From: Gemmatimonas sp.
Lineage (GTDB): Bacteria; Gemmatimonadota; Gemmatimonadetes; Gemmatimonadales; Gemmatimonadaceae
Length of the DNA: 64,000 nt
Assembly (NCBI GenBank): GCA_031414535.1
Contig: JANNVQ010000005.1
Span: forward strand, 32,001 to 96,000
Direction of reading: 5' to 3'
Below, piece by piece: positions 1-7,931 of this stretch; the first letter of the stretch is position 1, and every line of letters starts with the position of its first letter. The notes under the pieces were generated by a model, which had not been told where the DNA came from, did not search any database, and saw only the letters and a program-made list of their open reading frames with translations. The position numbers and the translations under genes are program-made.

Positions 1-1
1 G

Positions 2-706
2 TTGAGGACGTTCTCCTTGCAGGTCCGCGAGCAGCCGCTGCGCATCTGGGGGCCCAAAGGCGCGCAGGCGCTCTTCAAGCGCGCCGAAGGACTCGGCAAT
101 GACAAGCTGACCTTCCCGCTCACCGTAACGGACTTGGAGTCCGGGGCCGTCGTGCGGCGCAAGGACTATGAGATTCGCGCCTTTGAGGTGGAGCATCGCA
201 AGGGCGCGGCGCTCGGATTCACCTTGGCCGAGGACATCCGCCGCGGACGCTTTGACCCCGATCACGCGCGCGCACTCGGCATCCCAGAGGGACCGCAGTG
301 GGGCCGCATCCACAAGGGCGAAGCCATCACGCTCGACGATGGTCGCGTGGTGCAGCCATCAGAGTTGGTGGGCCCTGAGCGCAGCGGACGCAAAGTCGTC
401 ATCACCGGCGACACGCGGCCCTGCGCCGCGACCATCGAGCAGAGCATCGGCGCCGACTTGTTGGTACATGAGGCCACCTTCGGCGATGAAGAACAGGCCC
501 GCGCCGCTGAGACGATGCATTCGACGGCGCGCGAAGCCGCCACCGTTGCGAAGATGGCGGGCGTCAGGCGATTGGCGCTCACACACTTCTCGGCGCGCTA
601 CTCGCGCGATCCCAGCGACCTCGGCCGCGAGGCCCGCGAGGTATTCACGGGTGATGTGGTGCTGGCCCGAGATGGGATGGAGATCGAGGTCCCCTACGCG
701 GACTAG
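2..706 (+). CDS. rnz: Ribonuclease Z (5' truncated by window edge)
   Basis: Exosite GIPEGPQWG, GDTRP, HEATF, HST and THFSARY motifs of the RNase Z/ElaC metallo-beta-lactamase fold. Confidence 0.93.
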   Translation: MRTFSLQVREQPLRIWGPKGAQALFKRAEGLGNDKLTFPLTVTDLESGAVVRRKDYEIRAFEVEHRKGAALGFTLAEDIRRGRFDPDHARALGIPEGPQWGRIHKGEAITLDDGRVVQPSELVGPERSGRKVVITGDTRPCAATIEQSIGADLLVHEATFGDEEQARAAETMHSTAREAATVAKMAGVRRLALTHFSARYSRDPSDLGREAREVFTGDVVLARDGMEIEVPYAD

Positions 707-737
707 TTGCCGCTATGACCGCGTTCTGTTGGCTCGA

Positions 738-1136
738 CTAGATCGGCTGTCGGCCCGCAAAGCCTGAATTCCGTGTGTGCCAGTGCGTCACCGCAGACTC
801 ACCGCGCCTCCAGCACCAGTACACCGGCACGCCATCGCGCTCGCCGGGGAAGTCCACCAGACCCTGCTCCATTCCCTTGCACTCGATGCCGAGCTCATTC
901 AGTTCGCCGAGGAACTCTTGCACCTCACGCGCCGATTGCTGCACCTCGCGCGCCAGTACCTCGGCTTCGGGATCTACCTGCGTGCCTGAACTGCGCAATG
1001 AGGCGAGTTCGTAGCGCTCCACGAGTTCCTGCCAGCGACGATAGCTCATCACTAAGTCTTCAGTGATGCGCTGGACCAATGGCAACGCTTTGTTGGCGCG
1101 TTCGGGAGTCCAGAGCGCCTGATCGGTAGCAGTCAT
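738..1136 (-). CDS. DUF2203 family protein
   Basis: N-terminal 'WTPERANKALPLV', coiled-coil middle, C-terminal 'KG..GLVDFP...VYWCWRRGE..V.HWH...GFAGRQP'. Confidence 0.85.
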   Translation of the reverse strand: MTATDQALWTPERANKALPLVQRITEDLVMSYRRWQELVERYELASLRSSGTQVDPEAEVLAREVQQSAREVQEFLGELNELGIECKGMEQGLVDFPGERDGVPVYWCWRRGESAVTHWHTRNSGFAGRQPI

Positions 1137-1151
1137 AGCGATTGAATGCAG

Positions 1152-2381
1152 TTAGATGCGCGGACGGATGAGCTTGTGACGACGAGTATTGACGAAGGTT
1201 CGCGGCGCGTGGGTCACGGGCACAAGCCTCGCGCCGCTTTGCGCGCTGCGTGGCCGACGCGCCACACGGGTCTCTTCACCGTAGAGTGCCGCTTCGTCAA
1301 AGGCACGCAGGAGTGCGTCGCGCGTCCCCGGGGCCATCACCGAATCATCGAGCCACATCACCCGATGCACCGGTGCAGGCACAAAGCCGAGCGACCACTC
1401 CTGACCACCCGCATCGCGTAGCGCAAAGGCCACGCGCGGCGCGGGGCCCTCGGCGGGCCTTGCAATGATGGCGTAGTTCTCACGCGGCCAACTGCGCTCG
1501 CCGTTATCTCCCACCGCCGGATAGTCGCCGATGACGCTCGGCCACCACGCCGGCTCTTGCATGGCGACCGGGCCGAGCTGCAGCGCAGGCAAAGGGTTCA
1601 GCGCGGCACTCTGGGCCAGCGAGAATCGCACGAATGGCCGGCGCGATTCTACTTCAATCCCAAAGCTACGCACATCGAAGCTGAGTGCCTCGTACTCACT
1701 CAGCAAATCCTTCTCGTCCTTTGAGCCCGCTGCGGCAGCGAGAGTGGAATCCCGAAGCTCTCGCCACTGCCGTTGGCCTTCGGCGATTGCCGCGCGTGTG
1801 GCGGCGCGCCCCACGAGCGCGTCGAGCGTGGTCGGTACACCGGTGCGCAGGTCCAGCACCCCACGCCGCAAACCATGAGCAGACGGACGTCCGACGATGT
1901 CTACATCGGTGCGATACTCATACGAGGCCCAGGGTCCCAACACATCAAGCACGAGAATCTCGGCGCTGCCCACGATGCGCGGATCTTCGGAGCCCACTTC
2001 TTCCTCGGCCAAGGGCTGCTCGTCGGGGTTGGCGGCCGCGTAGTTGCGCGCGAGGACGCGCATCAGCGTGTCGGCAAAGAGCTGGACCGAATCGCCGTTG
2101 ATGAGATCGCGCTTGAAGAGACGCTGACCCACGTACACGGCATCGTAGAACGAATGGTCTTCGTCCGTCACGTAGAGTTCGGCGAGTCGCCCGCCGACGA
2201 GCGCCACCACCATCGGTGCGCCACGTACGCGAATGCCATCGGCCTCACTCCGAATCCAGAACACCGAATCGCCAGCGGCCACCAAGAACTCGGCTGGCGG
2301 CGCGGGGGCAGGCGGCTCAACGCGTTCGCAGGCCGTGGCCCCCATTAGGGCAATCGCAAGAAGGAGGGCGCGGCGGGGCAT
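1152..2381 (-). CDS. Hypothetical lipoprotein
   Basis: 409-aa ORF with signal peptide and lipobox-like ATAC; co-oriented with its neighbours; no family recognised. Confidence 0.7.
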   Translation of the reverse strand: MPRRALLLAIALMGATACERVEPPAPAPPAEFLVAAGDSVFWIRSEADGIRVRGAPMVVALVGGRLAELYVTDEDHSFYDAVYVGQRLFKRDLINGDSVQLFADTLMRVLARNYAAANPDEQPLAEEEVGSEDPRIVGSAEILVLDVLGPWASYEYRTDVDIVGRPSAHGLRRGVLDLRTGVPTTLDALVGRAATRAAIAEGQRQWRELRDSTLAAAAGSKDEKDLLSEYEALSFDVRSFGIEVESRRPFVRFSLAQSAALNPLPALQLGPVAMQEPAWWPSVIGDYPAVGDNGERSWPRENYAIIARPAEGPAPRVAFALRDAGGQEWSLGFVPAPVHRVMWLDDSVMAPGTRDALLRAFDEAALYGEETRVARRPRSAQSGARLVPVTHAPRTFVNTRRHKLIRPRI

Positions 2382-2396
2382 CCTCCAAATATATCG

Positions 2397-3605
2397 CTAG
2401 CGCTTGGCGACCTCGGCCACGGCTGCCAGGAGGCGCTCAATCTCATCCATCGTGGTGTAGCAGGCAGCGCCGATCCGCACGAGGCCGTCATCGCCGTGGC
2501 CGAGCAGGCGCACCACCGTGCTGGCGTAAAAGTCGCCATTGCTCACGAATAGCGCCTTCTCCGCGAGCGCGCGCGCCACGTCGTCACTCTTCACGCCATC
2601 CACCGTGAAGCTCACCGTAGGCGTGCGCGGGCGGTCTGGCCCCGGGCCGTAGCGGGTGACGCTCGGAATGGCACCGAGGCCGTCCCAGAGACGGCGGAAC
2701 AAGTGCATCTCGTCTTTATGAAGCGCCTGAAACGCCGAGACCAATTTGTCGCGGCGCGTGCTCCCGGTACCGAGAGAGGCGAGGAAATCAATCGCCGCCG
2801 CTGCACCGATGATGCCCTCGTGATTCTGTGTGCCTGGCTCCATACGCTCGGGGGCCGTTTCCGGCGCCGGCTCAAGCTTAGGGACATCGAGGCGTCCGAG
2901 CAGCGCTTCCCTGCCGAAGATGATACCCACGTGCGGGCCGTAAAACTTGTAGGCCGAGCAGCCGAGGAAGTCGCAGCGCATCGCCTTCACATCCACCAGC
3001 ATGTGCGGCGCGTAGTGCACGGCATCCACGAACACGAGCGCGCCGTAGCGGTGCGCCATCTCTGCCGCCTTGGCCACGTCGCTGATGGTGCCGAGCGCAT
3101 TGGAGGCCGCGCCGATGGCCAGAAGCTTGGTGTGGGAGGAGAGTGCTGCCTCGAGCGAGTCGAAGTCTAGTTCGCCGCGGCTGGCATCTACGCGCACGCG
3201 CTTAAGCACGATGCCACGTTCACGCTCCAAGGTGCGCCAAGGCGCGACGTTGGCGTGATGGTCGAGCTCGGTGATGATGACTTCGTCTCCCGGTCCCCAC
3301 TCGCGCCCCAGTGCGCGCGCGAGGTGGAAGGTGCCGCTGGTCATGTTGTTGTGAAACGAAATCTCACGCGGCGAGGCATTGAGGAAATCGGCCACGGTCT
3401 GCCGTGCGTTGAGCAACATCGCATCCGTCTCGACGCTCGACGGATACACCCAATGCGTGTTGGCATTGTGGTGCAGGAGATAGTCAGACATGGCGTCCAC
3501 GACCATCTGCGGCACCTGAGTGCCGCCCGGCCCGTCGAAGTAGGCGACGGTCTGGCGGTTATGGCTGCGCTGGAGCGCCGGGAAGTGATGGCGGACGGAG
3601 TGCAT
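2397..3605 (-). CDS. Cysteine desulfurase-like protein (aminotransferase class V, PLP)
   Basis: YFDGPGGTQVP, LDHHAN, DAVHYAPH and SAYKFYGPH (PLP lysine). Confidence 0.9.
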   Translation of the reverse strand: MHSVRHHFPALQRSHNRQTVAYFDGPGGTQVPQMVVDAMSDYLLHHNANTHWVYPSSVETDAMLLNARQTVADFLNASPREISFHNNMTSGTFHLARALGREWGPGDEVIITELDHHANVAPWRTLERERGIVLKRVRVDASRGELDFDSLEAALSSHTKLLAIGAASNALGTISDVAKAAEMAHRYGALVFVDAVHYAPHMLVDVKAMRCDFLGCSAYKFYGPHVGIIFGREALLGRLDVPKLEPAPETAPERMEPGTQNHEGIIGAAAAIDFLASLGTGSTRRDKLVSAFQALHKDEMHLFRRLWDGLGAIPSVTRYGPGPDRPRTPTVSFTVDGVKSDDVARALAEKALFVSNGDFYASTVVRLLGHGDDGLVRIGAACYTTMDEIERLLAAVAEVAKR

Positions 3606-3608
3606 TCA

Positions 3609-3636
3609 GGACGGATGACGGATGACGGAAGCGAAC
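3609..3636. repeat. (ATGACGG)n heptamer repeat copy
   Basis: ggacggatgacggatgacggaagcgaac, identical over 28 bp to 55840-55867. Confidence 0.85.
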
Positions 3637-3668
3637 TGCGCAAAATACGCGGGGGTGCGGTGGAACCG

Positions 3669-4538
3669 TTAGCCCCCGCTCATCCACCGAACGATCTCGA
3701 CATGGTCCGCTTCTTCGCCCAAGGCGGCGTGCGCTTCCTTGTAAAGGCGGCTCGCCAACTCGAGCATCGGCGCGTCCACACCCATGTCGCGCGCAATGTC
3801 GGCGGCGATCCCCACGTCCTTGTCGAGCAGGGCAAGGCGGAAGGTGCGTGGGTAGGCTTTGGTGAGCACGCGATCGGGGAAGAGATTCATGCTCGCGTTG
3901 GAGCGGCCGCTGGAGTTGTTGATTACGTCGAGCGCGACTGCCGGTGAGACACCAGCCTTCTCCAGCGCGAACAAGCCTTCGGCGGTGCCAATAATATGCT
4001 GAGCGAGAAATGCATTGTTCACAGCTTTCACCGCGTCGCCTGCACCGACGGGGCCGCAGTGCACGATGCGCTTGCCGAAAGCTTCGAGCGCGGGGCGCAC
4101 CTTCTCAAGCGTGTCAGCATCTCCACCAATCATCACCGTGAGCGTGCCGGCCTCCGCGCCCACCACGCCACCTGAGACCGGTGCGTCGAGGAATCCAATC
4201 CCCCGCTCCGAGAGCCGCGCGGCCATGCGCTTGGACGTCGCAGGATCGCCCGAAGTACAGTCCACGAGCGAGCTGCCTTTGCGCATCGTGGCGAGCAACC
4301 CATCGGGGCCATCGAGCAGCGACTCCACATCAGGGGAGATGGGGAAGCAGGTGATGACAACATCGGCTTCGCGCGCCGCTTCGGCGGGCGTGGCCGCGTG
4401 AATAACCCCATGCTGTGCCGCAAAGGCCGCCGCCTTCGACGCCGTGCGATTCCACACGCGAAGCGAGAACTGCCCAGCCGCAAGGTGCCGGGCCATCGGA
4501 GTGCCAATCGCACCCAGCCCCAGGAATGCAACGATCAT
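3669..4538 (-). CDS. NAD(P)-dependent oxidoreductase, 3-hydroxyisobutyrate dehydrogenase family
   Basis: AFLGLGAIG Rossmann motif, FLDAPVSGG, catalytic K in KAVNN. Start moved from 4613 to the ATG at 4538 because the extra upstream codons lie in the heptamer-repeat hairpin. Confidence 0.88.
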   Translation of the reverse strand: MIVAFLGLGAIGTPMARHLAAGQFSLRVWNRTASKAAAFAAQHGVIHAATPAEAAREADVVITCFPISPDVESLLDGPDGLLATMRKGSSLVDCTSGDPATSKRMAARLSERGIGFLDAPVSGGVVGAEAGTLTVMIGGDADTLEKVRPALEAFGKRIVHCGPVGAGDAVKAVNNAFLAQHIIGTAEGLFALEKAGVSPAVALDVINNSSGRSNASMNLFPDRVLTKAYPRTFRLALLDKDVGIAADIARDMGVDAPMLELASRLYKEAHAALGEEADHVEIVRWMSGG

Positions 4539-4558
4539 TGAGAGAACTCGGGATGAAA

Positions 4559-4626
4559 GACGGAAGACGGAAGGTATAATACCAAGTACCTTCCGTCTTC
4601 CGTCATCCGTCATCCGTCATCCGTCA
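4559..4626. repeat. Heptamer-repeat hairpin in a divergent intergenic region
   Basis: Perfect 18-bp inverted repeat gacggaagacggaaggta (4559-4576) / taccttccgtcttccgtc (4587-4604), followed by more ccgtcat units. Confidence 0.85.
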
Positions 4627-4631
4627 AGAAA

Positions 4632-4877
4632 GTGCGCCTCGAACTCTTCATCAACGGCATGCTCTCCGTGCACTCCAAGCACGCCGTCTTCTCGGCGCTA
4701 GCGGGAGTGCTGGGGCTGTCGGCTGTTGAGATCGAGCTCGGGCGCGTGGAGTTGGAGAGCGAGCGGCCCGAAGCGGAACTCACCGCGCTCGAAGCCGAAC
4801 TGCGCGATGCCATCGCCGCAGCGGGACTTTCCGTGAGTGCCATCAAGCGCCTCCCGCGCCGCCTGCCGACGGTCTAG
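4632..4877 (+). CDS. Small HMA/CopZ-like protein lacking the CxxC motif
   Basis: L.INGM.S.HS..AV..AL..V.G...VEI....V......L..AI..AG follows the HMA pattern, with SVHS in place of CxxC. Confidence 0.6.
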   Translation: MRLELFINGMLSVHSKHAVFSALAGVLGLSAVEIELGRVELESERPEAELTALEAELRDAIAAAGLSVSAIKRLPRRLPTV

Positions 4878-4901
4878 CCTCAGCGCTGCCGCACTGACCA
4901 G

Positions 4902-4924
4902 CATCCGTCATCCGTCATCCGTCC
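4902..4924. repeat. (CCGTCAT)n heptamer repeat copy
   Basis: catccgtcatccgtcatccgtcc; 4904-4924 is the exact reverse complement of 5148-5168. Confidence 0.85.
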
Positions 4925-5147
4925 CACTTACGCCCACGGGGCGCCCAACGACGCCCTTCACAGCATCGATGCGCGCCCCGTGAGTTGTCGCTAGCGTAGT
5001 GAAACCCCTCTCGTTGAGCGGGCAGGGGTCGGCCGGCCCCCCACCAGCACCGGCCCGCACCCGCTGCCGCTCTACGATCAGGTCGTACCCCCTTATGACA
5101 CGACGTACGGAGAAAGGGTTTACTGGGTTTCACGGCCCAGCGAAACT
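4925..5147 (-). ncRNA. Candidate structured RNA or non-autonomous element (family unknown)
   Basis: Several nested stems. Two C-A oppositions on the plus strand become G-U pairs on the minus strand. No credible ORF. Confidence 0.35.
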
Positions 5148-5211
5148 GGACGGATGACGGATGACGGACGCCGCACAGCTCCGTGAAGCATCCGTCATCC
5201 GTCTTCCGTCC
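5148..5211 (-). terminator. Heptamer-repeat hairpin directly after the stop of the DUF5916 gene
   Basis: Arms 5148-5168 and 5191-5211 pair at 20/21 positions and begin 2 nt past the stop codon. No strong U-tract. Confidence 0.5.
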
Positions 5212-5212
5212 T

Positions 5213-7744
5213 TTACAGGCTCAGCCAGTAGCTGGCCTTGATCAAGAACGTGTTATCCGACCGCGTCCTAAACAGGTTCCCATAATCGCGGCCAAAATCG
5301 AAGCTGCCGGCGTTTCTGAAGTCCTGCCGGCCCTGCTGCCACACAAAAAACAGCACCGAGCCCGGCCGGTACTCCCAGCGCAGCACCGTGTTGGAGCGGA
5401 ATTGCTTGAAGTTGAAGTCCTCCGGCTCCACGGCGGTATAGGGCTGAAAGCGGTCCTCGTAACGATCGGCACCGGCGTCCACCACCTGCTTGAGCTCGGC
5501 GTAGTCACCGGCCGTCACGAATGGCTGGGCGTAGAGCTGCAGTGAGAGCGTGGGCGTCATGGTGTAGTCCAAGCGCGTGGTGACGCCCATCGTCGTCTGG
5601 TCGAGCCGCGCGAAGGTGTAGGCGGTGCCACTTGGAGCACTGAAGTTGTTGTACCACTGCTGGTCGTTGACGCTCTCGGAGTAATTGAGCGAGACGCTGC
5701 CCTGCACATTGCCGCCGGCACGGAACCGCATCTCTGGATCAACGCCCCAATCGCTCGAACCCGCAACATCGCGGAATGCCACGAAGCCCTGCATCACGTA
5801 CTGCAGCGCCTTGCGCTCATCCGTCTCGAATCCCAAGAAAGCGCTACTACGGAACGTGCGACGGAGCGCCGGACCACCGCGCGTCACGCGGTCATCATAC
5901 ACCGCGCCCAGGCCATTCACGTTGTAGCCGGCCCAGAACCACCACTGGTTGGGCAGCTCGCCGTTCAAGTTGATGTTCGCGCCGGAGTTCAAGCGCAGCC
6001 CATCGGTATTCCATTCGTTCCACTGATTGAAATTCACGTTCAAGCGACGATAAAACGTGGTGGGCTCATTGTAGTTGAGGCCAAACCAGTTGCCGTTCTG
6101 CGTGATGTCGGCGCGGGGGAGAAAACCAGCGTCGTTCACTTCGTAGCCCGCGCTGGTGCGCGTGATGCCCGTGTTAAAGCGCGTCACGCCACCGCCGGTC
6201 TTGCCGATGTTGGCGCCGAGGCGCGTCCCGTTCATGGCCGTGAGGCTGGAGTCCACGCTGAGCGGCGAATCCTCGCGCTGGAACTGGTGCACCGCGCTGC
6301 GCTGCGTGCGCCAGATGGCTTCCTGTGTGCCCGTTACCCGTGAGGCCACCGCCGAGCCGCTAAGCTGATAGTTGTTGTTTAAAAAGCGGTGACGGGCATC
6401 AAGGCCCACCGCGAACGCGCCGTCGCGCAGGTAGCGCCGCGAGTCGGCATCGAGGTTGCGATTGGTGGCCGTGAACATCAGCCCCACACCAGAGTTGCCA
6501 TTGCGCAGGTCCTGCGAGAGCCGTGTGACGAGGTAGTTCGTCATCGGCTCGATGGTGGCGCCACCTGCGCCCTGCTCGCGATCAGTGACGGCGTTCAGGA
6601 AACCCACATTCAACCCGCTGGCGGTGCGACCGGTGATCTTGGCGGCGCCGAGGATGGTGCTGTTGAGCGGGTTATCCTGGTCGGCGTATACGCCACCGAG
6701 CTGCGGCGAGCGACCAATGCGGCGCGAGTAGAAGAGGTTGTTGGCAAAGGAGAAGATGCCGGCGCCTTCGAGGAAGAAGGGGCGACGCTCCTCAAAGAAC
6801 TGCTCGAAGGCACCGAGGTTGAGGACGGCCGGGTCCGCTTCGACTTGTCCGAAGTCCGGATTCACCGTGCCGTCGAGCGTGAGATTAGACGTGATCCCGT
6901 ACTTCACATCCGCGCCGAAGGTGATGTTCTGCTGGCGCTCGAATCCGCTCGCCGTGGGCCGCGGCGCATTGCTGCTCACGGAGTACGGCAAGACCTCAAG
7001 ACGTCGTGGCGAGGTGATGCCGGCAAAGCCATCCACCTCGCCCCACTGCGACACGAAGCCCGTGCGCGTGCGGCGGTACAGCGGCCATGAGACACGCTCG
7101 CTGTAGCGCGCGATGTCGCGCCAGATGGCGAAGCCAAAGGTATGCGTGTCGGAGGCGGGAAAGCGTAGCTGGCTGAATGGAATGCGATACTCCGCCACCC
7201 AGCCCTCGGCGTCCACCTTGGTGGAGACGTCCCACACGCCATCCCATGACGGATCTTCCTGACCGTCGTTGGAGATATAGAAGTCACGCTTCACACCTAA
7301 GGGATTCACCGTGAAGCGAAAGCCTGTGCGCTTATCGTGGTACGAGTCCACCATCAAATGGATGACATCCGAGCGCGTCTGTTGGTCGCGACGCGAGAGG
7401 AAGGCCATGATGGAATCCGGCGCGGGATCGTAGGCACGCACCAGCACATAGAGGTAGCGCTCGTCATAGGCCACCTTGGCCTCGGTGCGATAGCGAGGCT
7501 CGCCGTCCTCCACCGGATCGTGCTGGCGAAACTGCGTGATGGCTGGCGCGAGACGCCAGACTTCGTCGTTCGCTGTGCCGTCGAGCACGGGGGCCACCGT
7601 GGCCCGAGCCGCTGTGGCGCCGCGGGCCGTGGGTGCTGGGACCGCCGCTGGAGGATCAGGAGGCATCACGACCCCCGTACGCGGAGGCATAGCCGGGCCA
7701 GCGGCCACGACCGTCTGAAAAGCGAGCGCGAGATGAGCGAGCAT
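5213..7744 (-). CDS. CBM9-like / DUF5916 domain protein, probable outer-membrane beta-barrel
   Basis: N-terminal CBM9-like region (LDG...E.W, WDGVW, GWVAEYRIPFSQLRF), NPDFGQVEAD and FFEERRPFFLEG, C-terminal FLIKASYW beta-signal-like end. Confidence 0.85.
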   Translation of the reverse strand: MLAHLALAFQTVVAAGPAMPPRTGVVMPPDPPAAVPAPTARGATAARATVAPVLDGTANDEVWRLAPAITQFRQHDPVEDGEPRYRTEAKVAYDERYLYVLVRAYDPAPDSIMAFLSRRDQQTRSDVIHLMVDSYHDKRTGFRFTVNPLGVKRDFYISNDGQEDPSWDGVWDVSTKVDAEGWVAEYRIPFSQLRFPASDTHTFGFAIWRDIARYSERVSWPLYRRTRTGFVSQWGEVDGFAGITSPRRLEVLPYSVSSNAPRPTASGFERQQNITFGADVKYGITSNLTLDGTVNPDFGQVEADPAVLNLGAFEQFFEERRPFFLEGAGIFSFANNLFYSRRIGRSPQLGGVYADQDNPLNSTILGAAKITGRTASGLNVGFLNAVTDREQGAGGATIEPMTNYLVTRLSQDLRNGNSGVGLMFTATNRNLDADSRRYLRDGAFAVGLDARHRFLNNNYQLSGSAVASRVTGTQEAIWRTQRSAVHQFQREDSPLSVDSSLTAMNGTRLGANIGKTGGGVTRFNTGITRTSAGYEVNDAGFLPRADITQNGNWFGLNYNEPTTFYRRLNVNFNQWNEWNTDGLRLNSGANINLNGELPNQWWFWAGYNVNGLGAVYDDRVTRGGPALRRTFRSSAFLGFETDERKALQYVMQGFVAFRDVAGSSDWGVDPEMRFRAGGNVQGSVSLNYSESVNDQQWYNNFSAPSGTAYTFARLDQTTMGVTTRLDYTMTPTLSLQLYAQPFVTAGDYAELKQVVDAGADRYEDRFQPYTAVEPEDFNFKQFRSNTVLRWEYRPGSVLFFVWQQGRQDFRNAGSFDFGRDYGNLFRTRSDNTFLIKASYWLSL

Positions 7745-7931
7745 ACCGATTCCGGGTGTGAGAGGTACCCGGTGGGGGTCGGGCCCTGCGTGGGCCGTCG
7801 TAGGAGGACCTACGCCGGTGGTGATTCAGCTGTTTCGACAGCCGCACGAGTCAAAGGGTTGCGTCGGCATTTCGGTCTGACCATTCCCTGACATTTGTGC
7901 GTCAACTAGCTTCGGGAATCCCCTCTCGCCC

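Noticed and set aside
2397..3605. Missing catalytic Cys loop in the desulfurase-like protein as a novelty
   Set aside because: As far as I recall this is typical of this subfamily, so it is not unusual.
4539..4613. N-terminal extension MTDDGRRK... of the dehydrogenase
   Set aside because: Encoded by the repeat hairpin; the family's Rossmann motif normally sits at the very N-terminus, matching ATG 4538.
4925..5147. Assignment to SRP, 6S, tmRNA or a known riboswitch
   Set aside because: No SRP GGAAGGAAGCAGC motif, no symmetric 6S bubble, no tRNA-like ends, and not in a 5' leader position.
3609..5211. Heptamer arrays as a CRISPR array
   Set aside because: No regular repeat-spacer period, mixed orientation, and no cas genes.
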